This document shows, piece by piece, positions 54,122 through 64,000 of a DNA stretch of 64,000 nt (position 1 is the stretch's first letter; every line of letters starts with the position of its first letter). Origin of the DNA: Octopus sinensis (Eukaryota); assembly GCF_006345805.1 (NCBI RefSeq), contig NC_043001.1, forward strand, positions 35,464,001 through 35,528,000, in the 5' to 3' direction. The notes below the pieces were generated by a model. That model was not told the DNA's origin. It worked only from the letters and a program-made list of their open reading frames with translations, and did no database searches. Both the position numbers and the translations under genes were made by a program.

Positions 54122-54344
54122 ATGTTGATGATGATGGCGATGATGATGATGACAAAGACGACGACGATGATGATAATGACGATAATGATGCTGACGACGA
54201 TGACGATGATGATGATGGTGACGACGAAGAAGATGACGACGACGACGATGAAGATAATGATTACAGTGACAATTGTGAGGACGAGGTAAATGATGATTAT
54301 GATGATGAAGATGATGATGGCGGGAGGTAGGAGACGGAGGGATA

Positions 54345-54408
<64 letters not shown>
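54027..54408. repeat. Degenerate (GAT/GAC)n trinucleotide repeat
   Basis: Visible directly. Confidence 0.92.
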
Positions 54409-54410
<2 letters not shown>

Positions 54411-54904
54411 GCGATGGTTTTAATGATTAAGAACGTAGAATTACAATAGTTAAATAAAGTCCTAGCGATAAGAGAGAGAGGTAAGGGGAATCTTACATGT
54501 TGTTCAGTAATTTCCGTCTAAGTTGTCAACATTTATCGTAAGACAAGAACGATATGATGGATGGATGGATGAGTGTATGGATGCATGGATGGATGGATGG
54601 ATGGATTGGTGGACAGAGGGCGCGTGTTTTAGAACTTCATTTAAGAAAGTTTTCGAAATACATCATGAACACTACTGTTAAATGATGAAAAATGAGGTGT
54701 GGAAAATTTAATGGAGGCAGAGGAGATGCAGACGAAATTTGGGAAATGTGGTTGGAAGGTAAAGGAGAGGACAGAAGATAGGTTGGTAGAGAAACAGAGA
54801 GAGAAATTAGGGGAGAGTAAAAAGAAGGGATAGAAAATAAGGAAGAGGCATAATATGTATAGAGGGAAATATGGAAGAATTTAGGAGTGAAAATTAATGA
54901 TAGC

Positions 54905-54912
54905 TAGCTAGC

Positions 54913-54964
<52 letters not shown>

Positions 54965-54982
54965 CAGATAGATAGATAGATT

Positions 54983-55028
<46 letters not shown>

Positions 55029-55040
55029 AAGATACACAGG

Positions 55041-55084
<44 letters not shown>

Positions 55085-55620
55085 GAGAGAGAAAGAGAGA
55101 GAGAGAGACAGACAGACACATACATACATGCATGCATACATACATACATACATACATACATACATACATACATACATACATACATACATACATACATACA
55201 TACATGTATACATACATACAACACTGCCTAAACATCAATCTTGAAAAATTAGGCTTCTCAAAACCAGAAAAGAGAAAGCTAGTTCGAAGACTACAGATCC
55301 AGTCCATCACTGGAACTGTAAAAATCTGTAAAACTTTCTAGAAATTTATCATTTAAATATATATGGGCATGTCTAGATATACAACTATATGCATGACAAT
55401 ACATATATTAAGCAAAACATACAAATTTGCACTTATACATGCACATATACATATACATTCATACATACGTGCATACATACAAATAAAAATACCCTGTTGT
55501 TGATGTAGAGATTCCAATGAAGGAGCCTTGGATCTAGGTTAGAAACCGGTTCTTTATTGGCGAGAAATCTTGAAATAAAACTGGACAATCACATGCATAC
55601 ATATATGCTCGAGACTGGCC

Positions 55621-55653
<33 letters not shown>

Positions 55654-55667
55654 AGATAGATAGATAG

Positions 55668-55709
<42 letters not shown>

Positions 55710-55712
55710 GAT

Positions 55713-55762
<50 letters not shown>

Positions 55763-56353
55763 AAGATACACAGGTAGATAGATAGATAGATAGATAGATA
55801 GAAGATAGATAGATAGAGAGAGAGAAAGAGAGAGAGAGAGACAGACAGACACATACATACATGCATGCATACATACATACATACATACCATACATACATA
55901 CATACATACATACATACATACATACATACATACATACATGTATACATACATACAACACTGCCTAAACATCAATCTTGAAAAATTAGGCTTCTCAAAACCA
56001 GAAAAGAGAAAGCTAGTTCGAAGACTACAGATCCAGTCCATCACTGGAACTGTAAAAATTGTAAAACTTTCTAGAAATTTATCATTTAAATATATATGGG
56101 CATGTCTAGATATACAACTATATGCATGACAATACATATATTAAGCAAAACATACAAATTTGCACTTATACATGCACATATACATATACATTCATACATA
56201 CGTGCATACATACAAATAAAAATACCCTGTTGTTGATGTAGAGATTCCAATGAAGGAGCCTTGGATCTAGGTTAGAAACCGGTTCTTTATTGGCGAGAAA
56301 TCTTGAAATAAAACTGGACAATCACATGCATACATATATGCTCGAGACTGGCC

Positions 56354-56357
<4 letters not shown>
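54905..56357. repeat. Near-identical tandem duplication, period about 734 bp
   Basis: Unique parts 55221-55624 and 55955-56357 differ by one visible 1-bp indel; the microsatellite interruption pattern is also repeated. Confidence 0.92.
55221..55624 (+). mobile_element. 3' fragment of an R4/Dong-like (restriction-like endonuclease) non-LTR element; further copies at 55955-56357 and 56567-56846
   Basis: LEKLGFSKPEKRKLVRRLQIQSITGTVKICKTF resembles the LQxxxxxGTxxIxR terminus of RLE-type ORFs; followed by a 3' UTR running into (GATA)n. Confidence 0.5.
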
Positions 56358-56442
<85 letters not shown>

Positions 56443-56978
56443 CAGAGAGATTGCAGCTATTCATCATCTTTACTGCCTATGGACATACATATAAATTTGC
56501 TATGTTTCTATGTCTACTACGAAGGCATACACACATACATGCATACATACATGCCAAGCATGCGTACATCATTTAAATATATATGAGCATATCTAGATAT
56601 GCGACTATATGCTTGAGAATACATACATAAAGCAAAACACAAATTTGCACACATACGTACATACATATAAACAAAAATATTCTGCTAAAGATGTTGAAAT
56701 TCCAATGAAGGAGCCATGAATCTAGGTTAAAAACCGGCTCTTTCTCCATCGGCAAGAAATCTTGTAATAACACTGGACAATCACATGCATACACACATGC
56801 TCCAGAATGGCCATTCTAATGACAGAAACAACTGAAAGATAAAAGACAAGGTAGATAAATAAACAGATAGATATAGAAACGGACAGAGAGACGTACGACC
56901 AGACCAAGAGAGTAACAACTACGAACATGATTCGTAGATAGAACATAAAAATAATATTGCTATAACATGAGAGGGAGA

Positions 56979-57017
<39 letters not shown>

Positions 57018-57156
57018 GAGAGGGGAAGAATATAAAAGGAATGGGGAAGATTGACAATAAGAGAGCTAGAGACAGGATATGTTGGTAGAAAAATGTAATA
57101 GAATGAGAATACCGATCGAAATAACAAGATTCACATACATACATACATACATACAT

Positions 57157-57187
<31 letters not shown>

Positions 57188-57196
57188 TACATACAT

Positions 57197-57246
<50 letters not shown>

Positions 57247-57350
57247 GCATATACCTACCTGCATACATACATACGTACATAGATACATATATGTATACAT
57301 GCATAGAGAGAGAGATAGACAGACAGGTAGTTAGGCAGACAGACAGACAG

Positions 57351-57458
<108 letters not shown>

Positions 57459-57531
57459 GTAAGTATGTAGGTGGTTAAGTAGTTAGGTAGGTAAGCATAC
57501 AAATAAAGGGAGAGAGAGAGATAGAGGAAAG

Positions 57532-57624
<93 letters not shown>

Positions 57625-58170
57625 AAAGTGAACTTTCAGAAAAGATATAGGTTTGATGTGGAGAAACTATGTGAAGATGTTAGACATACATATTCTACGT
57701 ACGTGGAAAAAGTCCTCGCCCGCGCGCGTGTGTGAATGAATGCGAGATGAGTAGAAGAGGTGGATATGGGTCAGCATAGCAGATTTTAGAAGTAAATGGG
57801 AATAGCACACTATTGCCTATTAATCACTGGGAGGTTATTGGCACAAAACACATATCACGGGCTTTTTATTATACTTTTATTGTAGTGTGATATGAACGTG
57901 TAAAGGAATGTCTACACACACACACACGCACACACACACGCATACAGACACACACAAACACACGTCTACATAAAAACTGAAAGTGAAATCATTTTTCATT
58001 ACTTCAAACTTCTCGCCTTGGAAACATTCTTCAGATTGCACGTCAAAGTATAATTTTTCCTTATATGCCAACTGACAAGCGTCTTTCCGGTTGGAAATTT
58101 GAATTAATAGAATAGTAATGTACGTTTACTATAATGCTAGGTATATTGATTACTACATCTTTGCTTTTTC

Positions 58171-58203
<33 letters not shown>

Positions 58204-58295
58204 ATATATATATACATGTATATATAAGTTCATATATATAAGTATATATATATATATATATTATATATATATATATATATACACATATATATAAG

Positions 58296-58331
<36 letters not shown>

Positions 58332-58344
58332 TATATATAAGTAT

Positions 58345-58376
<32 letters not shown>

Positions 58377-58419
58377 GTATATATAAATATATATATATAT
58401 ATGTATATATGTGTGTGTT

Positions 58420-58635
58420 TGTGACCGTGTTTGTCCCCCCAACATTGCTTGACAACTGATGCTGGTGTGTTTACGTCCCGGTAAATTATCAGTTCAGAAA
58501 AAGTGACCGATAGAATAAGTACTAGGCATGCAAAGAATAAGTCGTGGGTTCGATTTTCTCGAGTAAAAGCAGTGCTCCAGCATGGCAGCATTCAAATGAC
58601 TGAAACAATTGAAAGAATAAAAGAATAAAAGAAAG
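58420..58635 (+). mobile_element. Family B SINE 3' half
   Basis: TGTCCCCCCAACATTGCTTGACAAC...CAAATGACTGAAACAA. Confidence 0.88.
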
Positions 58636-59224
58636 AATCATGCTCCACTACCATTCATTACGCATATTGTTCGTTCATACGCCTAACTGGCAACATGCTT
58701 TGTTGCCATCTTCAAGACCCTCCCACGAATCTTGAAGCCCTTCTCTCTTGACAGTAGACGCATCAGCTAAGTGCATAAAATAAAATGCTGTTTCATACTA
58801 TACTAGTGAGATGAAAAAATCGAGCTTTAAGGACGAAATAGATGAGGAAAAATCCTCCCGTTTACACTTTTATCATTCTATGCATTCAGTAGTATGAACA
58901 TATTGCTACAAATATAGTGAAATGCTTTTTAATTTGATAAGTATCAACTATACCGTATCCCATATGTATCATAAAATCTTTAATAAGAATTCTTAGAACA
59001 TAAGTTATACATGTTAAATTAACGTAGGGTTTCACATTGCAGAGTATTATAATAAAGCAGTTACAAACAACGCCCTGGCACCTAGCTAGGATACACTTGC
59101 CAACTGTTCTTCCAACAGTAACTGTTTATGTATATATATATATAAATATATATAAGAATTTTTTGCGTAATAAGATAAAAAAACCCCAAGGCTGTATAGA
59201 TATTAGAGCATTTATAGATAGAAG

Positions 59225-59276
59225 GTCTTACAGCTGTTTCTAGGATATTTATTATTAGTATCCCTTTATCGGAGAC
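59225..59276 (-). ncRNA. Decayed Penelope-type hammerhead motif
   Basis: Minus strand GUCU-CCGAUAA-A-GGGAUA(11 nt)UAUCCU-A-GAA-ACAGCUGU-A-AGAC; stems I and II and palindromic stem III intact, core has 2 substitutions. Confidence 0.55.
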
Positions 59277-59889
59277 GGTATATATAGGGAAATAAACAAG
59301 AAAGGGCTACCTATATATATAATTTGATCTACCGTGAACAGCTATAAATTCAATTATTATCTTTTGATTCAATTCATAAAAAATAACAATAATGAAATCT
59401 AATTACAAAACCATACATATCTGGAGAGAGGGTATAGTCATCATAATCGAAAGCCGCACTCTAATTAGTAGATATTTTTTTCGATACCAGAATCATTTAA
59501 AAAAAAGTAAATTTTTATAACTGAGTACTACAAGGAATTGTGTCCAACACTTTGACGATTCTGCCGTTATAGCACCCATCAATTCAATATCTTATTCCAA
59601 ATGACATATACCAGATTTTCTGGGCGTATGTTTTTTTTATTTGTCTGAAACTCCATTACAATTGCTTTCATCTTAAATATCCACGATCACTTGCCTTTAT
59701 CTCTAGAGTTTAATAACTGTCCCTAGCTTCACCCCTGCAAGAAAATTAGTTTGAGGATGACTAATTTTAATGGGTTGGTATGTTAGTACACAAGCGCACA
59801 GAATATGTCCTCAGCTATCAACATTTCACCCGAGCATTTTAATTCAAACTCACAAAGAACAAGATATACTATTTTTAAAAGATGTGATA

Positions 59890-60580
59890 GCAATGAATTA
59901 GCAGACATAAAAGAAAATCGATAAAAAATCCCTTGTTAATGTTTAATTATTCCCTTTTATGTTCTGAGTTCAAATCTGATTGAGGCAGACATTATGCTAA
60001 AGGATCCCGAGGTTGAAAAAATAAAGTCCTGGATAAAATATTTGAGGCTACACGGGCTCCTAAAATTTGAAGCATTTTTCGTTATAAACGAATGGAATGT
60101 AAGGTAAGGATGGCAGAATCGGGAGAGCGCTGACGAAAATATGTTGCTGTATTTAATTGCGTCATTTTAAATTCTGTTCTCAAATCCCACTGAGGTCTGT
60201 AACATATATTCTTCCGGTTGATGTTGTATTTGTTAAGTGAAGAAATATTGTTAATTTAATAGATTTCTCTCTTTCCCCTAAACTTTGTATTACTATTTCA
60301 AATTTAGAAATATTTTTTATGAGCAGCTATGAGAACGAGCAGTGGATTGACATGTGATTGTCGAACTAAAATATCTATATGTTTCATTATTCTGAGTTCG
60401 AACCCGATTAACTTTCATTGAAAAATTAATAGTTCAGTTTTGCGCTCAATTTAATCGACTATGTATTTCTATTGGAAATTCGTGATTAAGTCACTACAAA
60501 GCATAGAAATACAGAAACATTATGTTGCCAAACTAAATGCCTTTCAGTATTCAACATTGTAAGTTCAAATCCAGGCTAAA
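59890..60580 (+). mobile_element. Ancient degenerate array of about 4 family-A-like units
   Basis: B-box-like TTCTGAGTTCAAATC variants near 59962, 60172, 60390 and 60560. Confidence 0.55.
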
Positions 60581-60702
60581 TTCCAACCTAATCAGTATGT
60601 ACCATTCACGTCGAGGCTATATTTCCTCGTATTTTAAAATAATCCTAATGAATAGTGCATAAAAAAAAGAACGAATTAATTAATAAGTGTGATTATATAC
60701 CC

Positions 60703-61111
60703 ATTTCTTTACTTCCCACAAGGGGCTAAACACAGAGGGGACAAACAAGGACAGACAAACGGATTAAGTCGATTATATCGACCCCAGTGTGTAACTGGTA
60801 CTTATTTAATCGACCCCGAAAGGATAAAAAGCAAAGTCGACTTTGGTGAAATTTGAACTCAGGCGGCAGACGAAATACCTATTTCTTTACTACCCACAAG
60901 GGGCTAAACACAGAGGGGACAAACAAGGACAGACAAAGGTATTAAGTCGATTATATTGATCCCAGTGCGTAACTGGTACTTATTTAATCGACCCCAAAAG
61001 GATGAAAGGCAAAGTTGACCTCGGCGGAATTTGAACTCAGAACGCAACGGCAGACGAAATACGGCTACACATTTCGCCCGGTGTGCTAACGGTTCTGCCA
61101 GCTCGCCGCCT
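60703..61111 (-). mobile_element. Family A SINE dimer
   Basis: One head, two core+tail units. Confidence 0.92.
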
Positions 61112-61373
61112 TGATAGGAGAGATTATATAGTTACATGTCTGCCGATGGTTATAAAGCATGAAAGAAATGATTTAAAAGATAGAACTGGATGGGTAGTCT
61201 GAAAGATTTACTGGTATAAAGAAGGTAATCAATAAAGTATATTATAATTATATGGTGAAGCTGAGTCAAAAATACTGACTCTGCTTTTTTCAGCTCCGAT
61301 GACCAAATTACATACCAGACATTACCATAATGTTTTTTTTTATTGTATTTATGACTCCCACACATATATGTAT

Positions 61374-61431
<58 letters not shown>

Positions 61432-61432
61432 C

Positions 61433-61476
<44 letters not shown>

Positions 61477-61976
61477 ATATATATTCATATATATATATAT
61501 ATATATTATTCATATATATATATATATATATATAATATATATATATATTGTCTTCCTTTTTAAAAACGGTGTCTGTTACATTTTACCTAGGTCTGGGGTG
61601 GCGTTCTCAAAAGAAGAATGAGATGAAGGATTTTCGACTCATTTTTCAGAAACGACGTCGTTTTCTAATTAGCTAAACACTTTCTAATATATTAAATCCG
61701 GTTTTATTTCTGTAGAAAGAGTAAAATCTTATAGGGTGAAAATATTTATTGGTCTGAAACAAATAAGGAAATATATGTGGTGTTGCTAAGACATTGTTAA
61801 TATATTTGACTTCCTGCAGAGATGATTGAAGATGACAGGTGTTATGAATAGGTATATATGTAAAGTATATTTTCTTTAAGGCTAGAGTTGTTGTTATGTA
61901 CTTTTTTTCTTTCTTAAATAAGATTTTGTTTTAATAAGGTGTGAACCAAATAAGATTCGTGGCATTATTATTAATA

Positions 61977-62330
61977 AGGTGGTGAGATGGCTGAATTGTA
62001 AGCTCGCCGGGCAAGATGCGTAGCTTATTTCGTCTACCGTTACGTTCTGAGTTCAAATTCCGCCGAGGTCGACTTTGCCTTTTATCCTTTCGGGGTCGAT
62101 TAAATAAGTACCAGTTACGCACTGGCGTCGATATAGTCGACTTAATCCGTTTGTCTGTCCTTGTTTGTCCTCTCTGTGTTTAGCCTCTGGTGGGCAGTAA
62201 AGAAATAGGTATTTCGTCAGTCTTTATGCTCTGAGTTCAAATTCCACCGATGTCGACCTTGCCTTTCGTCTTTTCGGAGTCGATAAAATAAATATCCGTT
62301 GGGCACTTGGGTCAATCTAATTGATTTACC
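61977..62330 (+). mobile_element. Family A SINE dimer
   Basis: Head plus two cores. Confidence 0.9.
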
Positions 62331-62449
62331 AATTAGAACAAAATTTGAAACGGAAATATGATATTGGTTTCAAACTCTAACACAAAATTAAACACCAATA
62401 CATGATATTGATAGATTCCTACAAAACGCCACATGAAAATATTAATTTT

Positions 62450-62620
62450 CTCTCTTTTACTTGTTTCAGACATGGGACTGCGGCCAGGCTGGGGCAACAT
62501 CGTGAAGATTTTACTCTAACAAATCGACCCCACTATATTTTTTTTTAAATCTTGTACATAGAATTTTGGTCAAGCTGCTCACTGATCGATATGTAAGTAA
62601 ATAACACCGGTTGCTTAGCA
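62450..62620 (-). mobile_element. Degraded family B tail
   Basis: TTTTACTTGTTTCAGACATGGGACTGCGGCCAGGCTGGGGCA. Confidence 0.7.
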
Positions 62621-62642
62621 GTGAAATAAAATGAGCACACGA

Positions 62643-62677
<35 letters not shown>

Positions 62678-62704
62678 TACACACACACACATACACACGC
62701 ATCT

Positions 62705-62936
62705 TATTTCTTTATTACTCACAAGGGGCTAAACACAGAGGATACAAACAAGGACAAGCAAACGGATTAAGTCGATTACATCGACTGCAGTGCGTAACTG
62801 GTACTTAATTTATCGACCCCGAAAGGATGAAAGGCAAAGTCGACCTCGGCGGAATTTGAACTCAGAACGTAACGGCAGACGAAATATGGCTACGCATTTC
62901 GCCCGGCGTGCTAACGTTTCTGCCAGCTCGCCGCCT
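62705..62936 (-). mobile_element. Family A SINE monomer
   Basis: Complete, close to the window consensus. Confidence 0.93.
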
Positions 62937-62969
62937 TATCACATACACACATCTATATAGATATAGATG

Positions 62970-63112
62970 TCCGACGGGCATCCATGCAGTTTCCGTTTAT
63001 CAAATCCACTCACAAAGCATTGAGTGGAGTTATAGTAGAAGACACTTGCACAAAGTGCTGCTTAGTTGGTTTGAACACCAAACCATGTGATTGAAAATCA
63101 AGCTTCGTAACA
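62970..63112 (-). mobile_element. Degraded family B 5' half
   Basis: CAGTTTCCGTTTATCAAATCCACTCACAAAG...AGTAGAAGACACTTGC. Confidence 0.75.
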
Positions 63113-63497
63113 GAAAGTGTGATATGGATACGTGGTGTGAAATATAAATATATAGGAATGAAATATCTGAATGAAAATGGTAGTATTGAATAAGAATTTA
63201 AATGCATTGTATTTGAAGGAAGAAGAACAAAGAAAACCGAGAAAGTTGCAAATCTTTGAAAGTAGAAGCTACAAAGGCGTTAGTCACATAACAATACGGG
63301 AATATGCTTATAAGCGGAGTTAAGATGGAGTAGTGTTACTAATGCCGGTGAGTGGTGTTAGAAAAAGCAGCATAAGTGTTGGCAAACTTTAGTATGTCGA
63401 AAGAAGGAAGTAAACAGAAGGAAAATAAAAAGCTGTATGAGGCGCCAGTCAAAGAAAGATAAAAGAAATGTGACTAAAAGAAATTTTTCACGGAATC

Positions 63498-63720
63498 TCA
63501 TACGAAAGTTTCGCTAAAGATTGGAGGGCATAGAATGTCATCACGTGATAGTTGATTACGCGCGAATGAGGACTTGCTGAGCGGAGTAGGTGTGAATCTT
63601 TCATCAACGAACCGGGTTCCAATGAAAGATGGATTGCTTTTTACCATTTGATACACTTGCGAAGGGACGCGTGGAATGTTATCCAAGAATTCCGCAGGTT
63701 TTCTAGCATTTTCTTGTACT
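63498..63720 (-). CDS. Candidate terminal exon (…ENARKPAEFLDNIPRVPSQVYQMVKSNPSFIGTRFVDERFTPTPLSKSSFARNQLSRDDILCPPIFSETFV*)
   Basis: Non-repetitive open frame (part of ORF 63498-63872), CpG-richer than its flanks, with a T-rich tract upstream on the minus strand. Acceptor position uncertain; no homologue recognised. Confidence 0.35.
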
Positions 63721-64000
63721 TCAGCAAATGTATTGGTAGATAATAACAATACAAAGTGAAAAACATCAACAACAACGACAGAACAATGAAAACATCTACA
63801 GAGCGATGACAACATTGAAAGAACTATACCAAAAACACTGATGATGATAGAGACAACCACGATGATAAGCAATGTGCCAGATGTTATTTATAAGAATAAG
63901 CAGTAACAATAAACTTTAATGTAACTTAGAATGTAATACAATCAATGCCTCTTGCTCCTCACATTTGCAGTTTTGGTAACAGTTATAGAGACACGAACTC

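Noticed and set aside
55510-55555. CCAATGAAGGAGCC...GGTTAGAAACCGGTTC hammerhead-like spacing in the R4-like UTR
   Set aside because: Core is CCAAUGA in all three copies and no stem I was found.

Overview
AT-rich, repeat-dominated eukaryotic DNA, mostly intergenic or intronic. By inference it is from a coleoid cephalopod, probably Octopus, given the extreme (TA)n/(TG)n/(GATA)n/(TACA)n load and the SINE families present. Almost all ORFs in the supplied track are microsatellite or SINE artefacts. Supported content: (i) three tRNA-head SINE families. Family A has a Deu/Nin-like core and is often multimeric; family B has a CORE-like box and a CR1/L2-type LINE tail; family C has a Meta/V-like core and three different 3' tails. 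(ii) 3' fragments of CR1/L2-type and R4-like LINEs, plus decayed Penelope and RTE remnants. (iii) Tc1/mariner MITEs and non-autonomous Helitrons. (iv) Two candidate terminal exons at the window edges: 540-680 (+), whose TGA follows C-V-R and is followed by an in-frame acidic extension, and about 63498-63720 (-), ending in SETFV. The most notable signal is a set of Penelope-type minimal hammerhead-ribozyme motifs in three apparently unrelated short repeats, two of which abut (TA)n tracts. The core is intact at 34052-34097 and variant at 5643/44608 and 59225. Several locally generated fold-backs also occur. All calls were made by eye; no database search or folding program was run.
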